A DNA stretch of 64,000 bases from Heteronotia binoei (Eukaryota): NCBI RefSeq assembly GCF_032191835.1, contig NC_083238.1, forward strand, positions 30,752,001 to 30,816,000, written 5' to 3'. The notes under the pieces are model-generated. The model had not been told where the DNA came from. It was given only the letters and a program-made list of their open reading frames with translations, and ran no database searches. Of the stretch, positions 47,861 through 60,129 are shown in pieces. Both the position numbers and the translations under genes were made by a program. How positions within the stretch are numbered: position 1 is the stretch's first letter; each line of letters begins with the position of its first letter.

Positions 47861-49125
47861 TTATTTTATTTTATTCGATTTTTAGCCCGTCCTTTCCGTA
47901 GAACAGGCTCAGGGCAGGTTGCATCATAAAAACAGTCAACAGTAAAAACAGTAAAAGGCCAATTTAAAAAATATAAAATCTAAGATTACAATGACTAAAG
48001 TTGCAGAATTCTGCCTCACAAATGTGACCTATTGTCCAGGTCCAGCAGATCTTGTAGTGCTGGGATGGAATGAGGGGGGGAGGCCGGTAACAAGCAACGT
48101 AACAAGTGACGCCTCCCTCAGCTGAAAGCCTAGCAAAAGAGCTCTGTTTTACAGGCCCTGTGGAACTGAAGCAGATCCTGCAGGGCTCAGATTTCCAGGG
48201 GGAGCTCATTCTACCAGGCAGGGGCCAGGGCTGAAAAGGCCCTGGCCCTTGTCAAGGCCAGATGGACGTCTCTGGGGCCGGGTATTACCAAAAGTTGTTG
48301 GTTTTCTGATCGTAAGGATCTATGGAGCTCATACAGGGAGAGGCGGTCCTGAAGGTATGCTGGCCCCTGGCCGTTTAGGGTTTTAAAGGTAGTACCAACA
48401 CCTTGAACCGGATCAGGTACTCAATGGGTAGGCAATGCAGTTCACGCAGCACAGGATGGATCCATGCCCGTACAGGCGACGAAGTCAACATCCGTGCAGC
48501 AGCATTCTGCACCAGCTGGAGTTTCCGGAGGAGGGTCAAGGGCAGCCCCACATAGAGAGAGTTACAATAATCTAGCCTGGAAGTGACCATTGCATGGGTT
48601 ACTGTGGCCAGGTCGTGGGGGTCGACATACGGGACCAACTGCCTGACCCGCCTCAGATGGAAAAAGGCCGATCTGGCAGTGGTGGTAACCTGGGCCTCCA
48701 TAGTTAGAGAGGCATCCAGAAATACCCCCAAGCTCTTCACCCTTGATGTGGGCATCAATGGAGCCCCATCAAAGGATGGGAGCCTGATCCCAGCCCCCTA
48801 TAACATAGACACAGCACCTCCATCTTCGATGGATTCAGTTTCAGCTGGCTCTGTTGCAACCAACCAACCACGGCTTGCAATGCCCTACCCAATTTCTCTG
48901 GGGCTGAATCTGGGTGGCCATCCATCAGCAGATAGAGCTGGGTGTCATCTGCATATTGATGACACCCCAGCCCATACCTCCAGATGATCTGGGCAAGGGG
49001 GCACATGTAGATGTTGAATAACATTGGGGAGAGAATTGCTCCCTGCAGCACACCACATTGTAATGGGTGTCGCTGAGATAGTTCACCCCCAAGCAGCACC
49101 CTCTGTCCCCTACCTTAGAACATGA
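47861..49125 (-). mobile_element. L2 LINE 3' fragment with frameshifted RT
   Basis: Minus ORFs 48755..49099 (GVLQGAILSPMLFNIY, QYADDTQLY) and 48375..48758 (VTSRLDYCNSLY, LQLVQNAAAR). A-rich tail at 47861. Confidence 0.93.
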
Positions 49126-49399
49126 TTTTCCTTGGGCACTTCTATTCTTGTACTTAATGTACCGGTAAAAGCAACAAAGGCATTCCACAACTTCTGATTA
49201 CATTTCAGACCTGCTGCTAACTGCGCACTGCTTAATCTGTGTTAAGAAGATAGTTTGTGTGTGTGCGCATGCACAGTATGGACTGATTAACAGCATGGAA
49301 GTTTCATTTTTGTTAGTACATGGTGTTTTGTTAATACATCAAATATATTATTGATGAAATAGCACTGAAGTGTCTGCTCCCAAGTCTTAACATAAATAT

Positions 49400-49575
49400 C
49401 CCAAGTCTTAACATGCCATTTTAGTCTGCCTTGTCACTCTGTAGTTTTAGATTTTATATATTTTAAATTGGTCTTTTATTGTTTTTATTGTTGATTGTTT
49501 TTATGATGTAACCCTCCCTGAGCCTGTCCTATGAGAAGGGCAGGCTAAAAAATGAATTAAATAAATAAATAAAAT
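49400..49575 (+). mobile_element. L2 3' tail, opposite orientation to 47861..49125
   Basis: gtttttatgatgtaacctccctgagcctgtcctatgagaagggcaggctaaaaa...(taaa)n is the reverse complement of the 47861..47935 tail. Confidence 0.75.
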
Positions 49576-50214
49576 ATCATGAATATCATATTAATGTCTT
49601 CTTATTAACAGTTGCATTTATTTTTAGGCTTATTTTTAAACAGTATATATTGTTATTCTTTTAAATATATTATGTTTGGTAAATAAGATGTAGCCTGCGT
49701 TGGGAGAGAATTGCATCATTGTTGCAGTTAATTGTGCTGTATTGTTCACTCAGTGTTTCTGTACCCACCCCAGAAATCCATAATGATCCTCACTTAAAAG
49801 ATGATTTACACAAACTGAATCACGTATCTGAGAGAATTGGAGCAAAGATGGAATCAAAAGATAATGGTTGGTGTAAACAAAGTATATTTTGTCCGTGAAT
49901 CTTTCAGATGTCATGACTGTTTCTAGATTTGTGTTTAGCACAATTTTGAAAATTAATTTGCCTGGATTTTTGATAAGTGCCATTACTTAGTTTCTTGTTT
50001 AATCTTCTTTGGACTTTGTAAGATAAAATACTACTAGCTCCAAATTTGCGTTACCTGACTGAAGGGAAGAATTGATACTGCCTAGTTGTAGTTTCCTGAT
50101 CTTCCTGATTTTCTGATGTCTTTTAGTTCTGTGAAACATGTTTTTTTTTAAAAGATTTGTTCATTTTTTAAATTTTTATTCAAGAATGTGAAACATGTTC
50201 AATAAACATGTATA

Positions 50215-50258
50215 TAAAATAAATAAATAAAACATTATTGTTTTATTTATTTATTTTA
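50215..50258. repeat. Perfect AT-rich inverted repeat (20-bp arms, 4-nt loop)
   Basis: taaaataaataaataaaaca-ttat-tgttttatttatttatttta. Confidence 0.9.
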
Positions 50259-51621
50259 CAGAATATGTAATTTCCTTGGTGTCCAGGAGTAAAACAGAGA
50301 ACTAAAATAAAATAAGGTATCCCAATAGAAAATAATTTAAAGAGTTTTATTATATTAATATAATAATTACATCAGTAAAATATAATTAATTCATATATTA
50401 TTTGTTGTATAGAATCAAAATAAGAATTTGAATGTACACATATGGTGATGTGAATGACATCATTATGTCAGCCTGTTATATTTATCAAAAATTAGAATTT
50501 ATTTCTGTATAATTTCTGTTCGTCATCTTTCTGAATACTATATTGGGTGTGTTTTACCACAGAGTGGGTGTTTTATATCCTCTCTCTTACATACTGTGGC
50601 TGAGAAAAACTGAGATTCTTCTTCCTGTTCTTGAAACATCACATATCTGAGAAAAGTATCAAAGAAACAATTGAACTTTGATTTTCTTGTTAATTTGAAA
50701 ATGTAAACTGAATTAATGCATGTTGTAGTTGGCACCATCTTAGAAGAGGCATTCCCTCTGGTATGAGAGAGAAGGAGGATTGCCTCTTCTAATATGGTGG
50801 CTGCCACTAGTGACTTTTGTAACTACTTACCACCAATTAACCAGGATGCCCTTTTAGTCAGAATAATTGAATTAATTGATTAAACTGCAACCTTACTTCC
50901 GTTATTGAGTCAGTCATGTCATTGGGTATATAATAAAAGGATATGTGAATTAAACCACAGTTTTTAAAATACCTCTTTCCTGGTATTTTGTTCAGTGCTG
51001 GGTATCATTAAGTAATAGGAACATCATATATAGCACATTTTTTCTATACCACAGGGAAATCTTGGCTTGTAATGTACACTGGTACCTCACATTGCCTTTT
51101 CATGAGCTAAACTCTAGTGTCATAAACTGTGTGTGATGTCATTGCTTGCCCAGCTATATTGAATAAAAGGCCAAGTAGATGTGAATTTCTAACCCTGTAA
51201 GGACAGACTGAAGGTTCTTATACAAGTGAAATAAGCAATGAAAAAAACTACAACTAGTGAGTGAAGTTTATGGTCAAGTCTGAATCCCTTTGTTATATCT
51301 AGGCTCTGGTCATCTGATTTTAAAAGTCACCATAGAATCTGAACAGCAAGTTGCTTTGATTTGTGTGTTTGAACTTTTTTGGGCTGTTTCCTTTTGCTTG
51401 AAGTTAGTTGCATTTAGTGGGTGTTTTGTTGTTGTTGTTATTGTTGTTATAAACTGCATTCAGTTTCAATCTATGAAAGAAATGGTTGATTTTACTGTTC
51501 TTTTATATATCCTTCTAATGATAAAATTACCTTTCCTTCTCATGATTAATAAGGCATAAGAAAGATGCTCGATCAGGCATGTGAAACATGGAAACCTACT
51601 TTAACAATGCTTGAACCATTG

Positions 51622-51830
51622 TGATGGTGGAAAGTGCTGTCAAGGTAGAGCTGAGTTATGGCAGCCTCGTAGAGTTTTCAAGACGAGAGACGTTCAGAGG
51701 TGGTTTGCCATTGCCTGCCTCCATGTCACATCCCTAGTATTCCTTGGAGGTCTCCCATCCATTTACTAAGCCAGGGCTGACCCTGCTTAGCTTTAAATAT
51801 CTGACAAAATTGGCCTATCCAGATCAGGGC
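51622..51830 (-). mobile_element. 5S-derived SINE
   Basis: ggaggtctcccatcc...ccctgcttagct 5S-like head plus gtggtttgccattgcc BovB-like tail. Confidence 0.8.
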
Positions 51831-52059
51831 ACTTGGACCATAGAATAGCAGTATTTTTGAGCCACTTGTTTCTATGTGCCTAATGTCCTTTGGCAGCAAA
51901 TATTGTCCTGTCAGTTATATGAGCAACTAACAATACAGGCTTAAGAATACTTTTCTGGGAGTCAGCCCCATTAAGTACATTTAAGTAGGATTCTGAGTAG
52001 ACTAGCTTTAGGATTGCTTGCTAAATCAGCAAGTAGATGACATTATTTTCTGGGCTTCT

Positions 52060-52126
52060 TTACTAATAAATTCTCGGAGTCTAATTATTTACTAATAAAT
52101 TCTTGAAGTCTAATTATTTACTAATA
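52060..52126. repeat. 29-bp tandem repeat, about 2.3 units
   Basis: ttactaataaattct(cg/tg)(g/a)agtctaattat repeated. Confidence 0.85.
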
Positions 52127-52674
52127 CATTTGTGCGGAATCTATGTATTGGGTCCTAGTACAATCAGCAGTGAGAAAGACCACACATCTGATGTTGAAGC
52201 CGCAAGAGTCCAGCCACTGGTCTATCCAAGTCTATGTGGTCTATTCTGACTGGCAGGGTTTGCTGTCCAGGGTTTCAGGCAGAGGTCTTTTACATCACCC
52301 TACTACCTCTTTTGTCAAACTAAACTTGCTAGAGATTGAACTTGGGACCCTTTGTGTGCAGTGCAGATGCTCTGCCAGAGTATTGGACTCACAGAAATGC
52401 TAATTTGGGTAAACGTTCTTATATTTCCCGTCTAAGTGTACCAAAAGCATCGGGTAAATTTAGTAGTAAAGTACCTCCTCAAAGTGGGGTAGGTAAATTC
52501 CTGCAAGTATCTTTGGAGGTGATAGTTGAGTGACATTGCAAATTTTCACTAGTTCAACATTGACATGTGTAGCTATAAAATGAATGGAATCTACTGTTAA
52601 ATTATATTCAAGCATTAGCCTTTCACATTATGTATACAGGACTCTTAATGCATTTGCCCAGGGGAGGGTCACAA

Positions 52675-52900
52675 AACTAACTGGGCTAAAACCAAAATAA
52701 TTTTAGCAGGGATAAATGTAAAGTTCTGCATTTAGATGGGAAAAATCAAATGCATAATTGCAGGATGGGGGAGACTTGTCTTGGCAGTAGTTTGTGTGAA
52801 AATATTTAGGGGTCTTAATGGACTGCATACTGAACATGAGCCAACAGTGTAATGTGGTAGCTAAAAAAGCAAATGCAGTTTTGGGCTGTATCAACACAGC
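52675..52900 (+). mobile_element. CR1 RT fragment (post-DDTKL region)
   Basis: Translates as DKCKVLHL...LGVLMD..LNMSQQC..VAKKANAVLGCIN. Confidence 0.85.
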
Positions 52901-55482
52901 CTACCATCGGATTCCTTCCCCTCTCCTATGGACTTGCAGAAAATAGACAACATTCCCCGACCATGAGATCTCTCCCCCTGAGACCAATCCCCGAGGAACA
53001 AAGACTCAGACAGACTTCCACCTTGAGTCTGCTCCCCATGGAACAAAGACCCTGACAGGTCTCCATTCTGACCTCCACCTCCACAGTAGCTCCATGGGAC
53101 CAGTGTCAATGGCAGTTCCTATATGGCACTTATTAATTACAACCACTTTCCCATGGCTCCCTCCTTGTCTACAGATGATCTAGTTTCTCAGATATTTCAC
53201 CATGCTGTTGACCTTCCATCACGCCTAATGACTCTTCCGCCTCATGTCCTTGCATCCCTGACCTGATGGCAATAGGAACATCACCTACTAGAGGGCACCC
53301 CCTTCCATCCACCAGCACCATCTGTCACAGTGACAACCAACACCTCCCTTTGGGGATGGGGGGCACACATGAATGGACTCTGCATGTGGGACCAGTGACC
53401 ACCTCAACAGACTCACCATCACATACATTTTCTAGAACTGCTAGCGATCTGTTAGTAGATCTGCTAGCGATACACTCCTTTCGGCCATTTCTACCGTCAA
53501 AGCTATCCTGACAGACAATACGACAGCTTTGTTCTACATCAACTGTCGAGGTGGCACCTTCTCCTGAAAACTTTGTGCCCTTGCTTTGGACATATGGGCA
53601 GATTGCATTGCCCTAGGCTCCTCCCTGGTAGCTACACACCTCCCAGGGAACTGAATGGCCACGTGGACCTTCTTAATCATGGAGGAACTAGTGGGAGCTC
53701 AACTGGGAATACCTCCAGCCAGTCTTTCAAGCTTGGGGGATCCTGGAGATAGGCGTGTTCACCACTCGTCTGAACAAAGAAATGCATGAGATTTTGCTGC
53801 CGGGGGGAGCTCCAACCCAGTGTCTCTAGGGGATGGTCTTCTTTATCCATAGCACAATCAGCATGTATATCTCTTTCTTCCCATCCCACCCATCACCATG
53901 TTAATCCAGAAGGTTCTCCTGGAACACCCATCAGGGATCCTACTGGCCCCTTGGTGGCCACGCCAGCATTGGTTCTCACAGATTCTGTGACTCTCTTGGG
54001 GCATTTTCCATTATCTGCCTCCAGCCGAGGACCTGCTGCTCACCCATGGGAGTTTGTCCTACACCATGATGTGCCTCTCCACAGGCTCACGGCTTGGAAG
54101 TTCAATCCTTCTTGTTTCCAACAGAGTAGAAACCATTGTGCTAAACAGTCAGAAACTTTCCATACATAAGTCATACACTTATAAGTGGTCTAAGTTTGTC
54201 CACTTTGTTTCACCATTCTCCACCTCTCCCTCCATGGTGGGTCTACCTGCAGTCTTTTACTTTCTCCTCTCCTTAGTAGTTACGGAACTGACCATCTCCT
54301 CTCATAGTATATATGTCAGCAATATCTTCTCACCACATCACTGCTGATGGACATTTGGTCTTCACACATTCTGACTCAAAGTATTTTTAAAAGGATTTAT
54401 CCAACTTTATCCTCCTGTTAGACACCATACCCCAGCATAGTAGCTGCCTTTGGTTCTTCACAGGCTTGCAGGGAAACCCTTTGAACCTATGGCTGTGTTC
54501 CCTACAGCATCTATCCTGGACAGCCACCTTTCTGGTGGCCATAATGTCTGATACCTGGGTTGGTGAACTTATTGCTCTCTGTTGTGACCCTCCATACCTT
54601 CGGTTTCACCCAGATGGGGTCTCCTTAGTTCCAGATGTTTTCTTTCTCCCAAAGGTGGTATCAGACTTTCATCTGAACACTGAAGTCTCATGGCCTGTGC
54701 TCTTCCCAAATCCTAAGAACGATACTGAATGCAGAATGCGTTCCCTAGACGTTAAGTGAGTGCTCTTGTTCTGTCTGCAGCACTCTTGCCCCTAGTGTAA
54801 AGATTCTTGATTTTTTGTTTCCTATGCACCTTCCTCACAAGGGATTTCATCCCAGAGGCTATCCAAATGGCTGACAGAAACTATTAAACTCTGCTACCTA
54901 CTGGATAAATGGGCTCTCCTGGGCCCTGTCTGGGCTTACTCATCACAAGCCATGGCTACGTCTATAGCTTTCCTCAGGGGCACCCCCTCCATGAAATCTG
55001 CAAGGCTGCCACCTGGACATCACCGCATACCTTCTTGAAGCACTAAGCACTAGCTGTTCACCTCCATCAATGTACTGTGGGCTATTCCTTGAAGAACTTC
55101 CAGGTAGGCTTTAGCTTGCTATTCACCCAAGATTGTGATGCACAGAGACCACGAAGAAGATAAACAGGATGCTTACCTGTAACTGATGATTTTTGAATGG
55201 TCATCTGTGCATTCACACCACCCAGCCTTTTTCCCCACTGCTGTCGGTCCTTTGACTTTATTTAGGATCATACAGCAGTCAGAAGGAACTGGCGGGATCT
55301 CCACATCCACTCCTATGAGCATGCATGATGGGGTTTCTACGTATGACACAGGAGAGGGCATGAAAATCCTCTAGACTGTGAAGTTTAATGACCGAGGTAG
55401 TGCAGGTGCCTGAATCCCAAGGGTGTGAATGCACTGATGATCACTTAAAGATCATCAGTTACAGGTAAGCAACGTGTTTCTC
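52901..55482 (+). mobile_element. Decayed DIRS1-type tyrosine-recombinase retrotransposon (5'-truncated, RT not recognisable)
   Basis: RNase H motifs (TTNTSLWGWGAHM, TDNTTALFYINCRGGT), MT-like domain (ILLAPWWPRQHWF), YR motifs (ATFLVAIMS..VGEL, FLPKVVSDFHLN, SSQRLSKW, ICKAATW). 61-nt inverted pair 55159..55219 / 55422..55482. Confidence 0.88.
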
Positions 55483-55875
55483 CCAGCACAGATCCTTAAG
55501 ACCCTCCACTTGTCATTCCTCTCCAAGAGGATGAGGAGTCATTCACAAGCACTCTTTGGGTGCAATCTGTCAAACAGTTACAGATCCGTCTAACAGTAAT
55601 AGGATATAAACCACATTTTAACAACCTGTCAACAAGAATATTATGTGGAATCATCAAAAGCCTTACTGAAATCAAGATAAATTATGTCTACAGCATTTCC
55701 CTGACCCAGCAAGGCAGTGACTTTCTCAAATAAAGATATAAGGTTAGTCTGACATGACTTGTTCTTGAGAAACCCACGCTGGCTCTTAGTAATCCCAGCC
55801 ATCTTTTTCTAAATGCTCAAGGACTGACTGTTAGATGATTTGTTCTAAAACTTTTCCAGGTATAGACATCAAGAT
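55483..55875 (-). mobile_element. CR1 RT fragment (pre-PQGSVLG region)
   Basis: The minus strand gives GFLKNKSCQTNLISLFEKV...VDIIYLDFSKAF and ends near GSVLG. Confidence 0.85.
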
Positions 55876-56089
55876 ACTTTATACTATTCATCTTACCCTT
55901 ATCTAAGTATTTGACACAGGAGGCAGCTAAATGGCAAGCACTTTGGAATACATCATGAAATCCTCCACAGCTGTCATTTTGCTTGTATTAAGATGCAATA
56001 ATTAATATTTCTAGTTACCAAGTGACCATAACTCTGCTCACTGTTGTTGTGTCTTACCTTATTCCTGTGTTATGTGTTCATTTATGTAG

Positions 56090-56286
56090 GTGAAAATGAG
56101 GAAACTTTCAATAATGTTGAAAAGACCCTCCACAATGAGGCCAGGACTGAGACCCAAGAGAGCAATGTGGATAAGCAGAATGCTGATGAAAAGCCATCAG
56201 ATAGTTCAGATGATGATGAATGCAGCTGTGAGCAGGGCAATGGTGAAGCTGAGAAGAGAACTGCACCACTGGAATTAATGGGAGAG
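56090..56286 (+). CDS. ERICH2: ERICH2 (glutamate-rich protein 2) coding exon 7, acidic region ending APLELMGE
   Basis: Acceptor tttatgtag|G, donor GAG|GTACAT. The D/E-rich peptide ends in KRTAPLELMGE, matching the conserved ERICH2 motif (human QAPLELMAE, from memory). Synteny with SP5. Confidence 0.88.
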
Positions 56287-59200
56287 GTACATCATTTCTC
56301 CCCCTTTCTTAAACAAATAGGCTGTCTTGTACAGGAAGAAGGTTGTTGAGTTCCTTCCATAATAATGTATAAAATCATTAAATCCTGATTAAAATATGGA
56401 CAATTGTATATTTAGCAGAACAGGGGTTATGGTGGAAATGAAATATGAATCATTATAGTGTGTATATCCAAGCAGGATGGGACAGACATGGGTACTACCA
56501 GAAAGAGCATTGTGGGAATTCTCTTGCCATGTGAATCCATAAATGAAAAGGGCTTATTCTATGCCTCAGTGTGAATGGGTACTAGTCTGTCTGCCTGCAA
56601 AGAGGTTGCAGATTGGTGAGACTTTTTATGTGCTGCTATAAGTAACTATTTTCTAGCAGAACACACTTTTGAACGGTGCAGTCCTAAACAGAGTTACAGC
56701 CCTTCTATGCTTGTTGAATTCAGTGGATTTTGAAAAGTATGACTATACATAAGTCAGTATCAACAGTTACTTCCAAGGTACTGTGCATAAAATTTTGTTT
56801 TCTACAGTTTATGGCAACCTAAAACCTTACTGCTGCTTTTGACCAAACAACAAGTAATAGTAGCAGATAATTTCATTTTTAAGAATCTTTTATTCATTAA
56901 AATTCATTAAAACAGAACAAAAATGTTAAGATTTAACTAGTATATCAAAACTGCAATATCAGAACACTTAGGAAGATACACACTTATAGGAAAAGTCCTC
57001 TGAATCAGCAGCCTAGGAAACTTTCCCTGGCCTTTTTATTATGTCTTTCTTGGTCCCCCCCTCCCCTCTTTTCAATGCACACCTCACTATCCTTTGAGAT
57101 AATTTAAACAGAACAATGGATCAAAGACTCTCTGAATGAATATATTTCAAGTTCAAATCAATATGTAACACTGAAGATTTAAGTACAATTCAAGATGTGT
57201 TTTGGCAAAAACATATTGTTCAAAAAATCCAAGTCAGAGTGTTACTGTTTTCCCATAGAGAGGGATTTTAGGCACCATTTGTCTTAATAAAACTTCTAAA
57301 GTACTTATTTTGTGCACATTTGATGAATAAATCATAATCCTAAATAAAGCAAGTCTTATATCTAGGCTTACCACATTCTGATAGATGGCTTCATATCAAA
57401 TAATATTAAATTGAAGCATATATTCACTGGCTGTCTTTGATTCTTAATCAATATTTATGGAACTAATTGAAATAACCAAGATATTTAACACAACACATCC
57501 AAAAATGCTGATAAACACAAATGTCCAATAATTGATATAAAAAGTTAAACGTGAACCATTCCAGAACTGCAACTTATTTCAAACGAAAAAGAGAAAAAAT
57601 TAATAACTCTTTTAGTAATGTAAAGCACTGGTTGTTTTCAAGGTAACAGTTTGTTAAGAACACCACCAAGATATCCTTGGATTATTATTGTTAGATATTT
57701 AAGAAAATATACTGAAGTATTTTTCAAAATTAAACCAAAATTTTATTAGAAATAATAAGCCTTGGACTTAGCCTCTCCTGCTTTTTTCATTTCTAGTGCT
57801 GTCATCAGTACATTCAGTAGTTGGAAGAGAAATGCCTGTGGATCATGTGGGATATGCAGCATTTTTGTTTGTAGAGCCTAGTAGCCATCAAAAATGACAT
57901 TCTGAGCAATGTTTGTTGAAACAACGAAGCTGACATATGATGTCACAATACCTTTGTATGTAGTGTTTTAATTTCATGTCACGCTGCATAATAAGAATAA
58001 ATTTTCCTGAAGTCAAAAGCACTGCCTTGGGAGGAGCAGAATATAAGAAGGATCCATAACCATAATTGCTTTCTGTGGGCAGATCACAGAATCCACCTCT
58101 TATATTATATAATTGGTTCTGCATATTGTAAGCTGCCTTGAGTCTTAGGGGAAGGTCAGGGTATAAATATCTTCAATAAATCTAGGTATAATTATTTGCT
58201 TTTCCACTGATATAATATAAGTTTGCTTTTCCAAGCCCCACTTCAGTTTCACCGGCATTATCAGTGTTTGCAGCTTTAGTTCTTAGTTGAAATCAGATGG
58301 AAAAACAGAAGACCCATGCAATTTAAATCATGAGGAGAGGAGGAGGCAACCCTTGGCCTCTCGGTTTTCACCCCCACAGCCCCTCAAGCAGCGGTGAGGG
58401 GGCAGGAGGGAAGGTCGGGTGCTCTGAGTCATGGTGGCAGCCATGGCCAGGGGAGAGGGGAGCATCTGTGTGCCTCCAAAATATTTTACATGCCCCTCAA
58501 CTTCTGAAATTCTTGCAAATGGGCCTGGCCTTGCTTCATAGTAGGAATAAACTATGTTAGAAGTAAATTGTCCTCTTGGGTTCTGTTTGTGCAAAACAAT
58601 GGTTTAACCACTCTAACTATAGTTAGTTTAGTTGTCTGAATGTAGGCCACTCTGTTACCTGTGGTCAATTGGAGCCTGTCAAGCCAGGATCTGAAACTAC
58701 TTTATTAACCACAGTTAAGTTTTGCATGCTCTCTGAATGCAAAGATCCTGGCTTAATTCTGGCTTGTCGTTCGATGAGGACCCTCTGCCAGGTTGTGGAA
58801 AGAAGAAAATCGAATCAGTATTTGTTATGGCATACCAAGATGCGTCAGGCAGCTGTGAGCTGAACCCTGGTTTCACAATCTAATGGTAGTTAAAATAAAT
58901 GATGAGTTTGTGGGGTGTCCAAAATAAGCGTTAGAATAGTAATGTTCAGAACTACATAGCAAGTACTAAACATTTGTGGTTCAGTTACCCTTGTGGATGT
59001 GTTGCGTCAAATAACATACGAGTTCCATTTAGTTCAATAAATATTGGTAAAGGGGAATAGGTATGAATATGCAGTACAGTTTAATTCTATCAGGGCAAGA
59101 TGTGTGTGGTTTTAAAACTTCTGATTTTTTTTTCCCTAGGGATAATCACAGCTAGATTTCTACCTTTTGTATCAGAATATGCATAAACTGTGAGCTTCTA

Positions 59201-59585
59201 AAGTTTTGTTAAAACAAGTGGTATCTAGGAAGTCTATGGGAAAAAAACTTAGTATTCCAACTTTGATTTTGTAATAAAAAACAAAAACAAAAACAAAAAA
59301 CTTCAACACTTTTGGCCTTGGTACATCTTGAATCAAATCAAAGTATTGATTTGAAGCTTGAGATATGCTTCTTCCAGAGTGTTTTGATCCATTATTCTGT
59401 CTTAATTATTTTAAAAGTTTCCAAGCTGTGTACAGAGAAGAGAAGGAAAAGCAAGAAGGGTATAATCAAAGAACTGGGGGACAGTTTCCCAGAGTGACTC
59501 TTAGTCTGTTTTTTCACATGCCCATCTGAGTTTTGCACTGTGAAGAAACTTTTTCTTTCCATTTGTCTTAGGTCCTGCTCTTTCT

Positions 59586-59714
59586 NNNNNNNNNNNNNNN
59601 NNNNNNNNNNNNNNNNNNNNNNNNNNNNNNNNNNNNNNNNNNNNNNNNNNNNNNNNNNNNNNNNNNNNNNNNNNNNNNNNNNNNNNNNNNNNNNNNNNNN
59701 NNNNNNNNNNNNNN
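59586..59714. other. Assembly gap (129 N)
   Basis: Run of N characters. The true length is unknown. Confidence 1.
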
Positions 59715-60129
59715 TCTCCTTATACTGTTCCAGTGTCTTCCACTGAATGACAGATGGAGTGGTCCTACTTCATAAATGGAATATCTCTAAGCAGCCTCAG
59801 GTGTTATTTCACAGCTTACTGAAGTTACTTCAGACAGGCTTCAGATGTCTGTCTTAATTCCTTTCAAACATTCTCTTTCAGCTTTTCTCTCACTCTCCAG
59901 CTGTGCAGGTGTGAAACTTGAAAGCTCTTAAGTGTGTGAATAGCAGGTGTCTGATGTGGAAGGACAGGTGCTTTTATATACTCTTGTGCTCAGGTTCTGG
60001 CTCAATTGACTGTGTAAGAAGGTTGATTTCTGGTTGCATTTCAACCTCCCTAAATCCATGTGTGATTTCATTCTGAGTCAGCCCCTGAGAGACTGCACAG
60101 AGCATTCTGCCTCTGAGGCGGAGGCCATC

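Noticed and set aside
56044-56089. N-terminal part of the 101-aa ORF as coding sequence
   Set aside because: It is the intron pyrimidine tract. The exon begins at 56090 and ends at the donor at 56287.
56808-59145. Acceptor-like sites at 56807 and 59139 as the next ERICH2 exon
   Set aside because: Phase-0 reading gives FMAT* and G* respectively, with no match to the expected conserved peptide.
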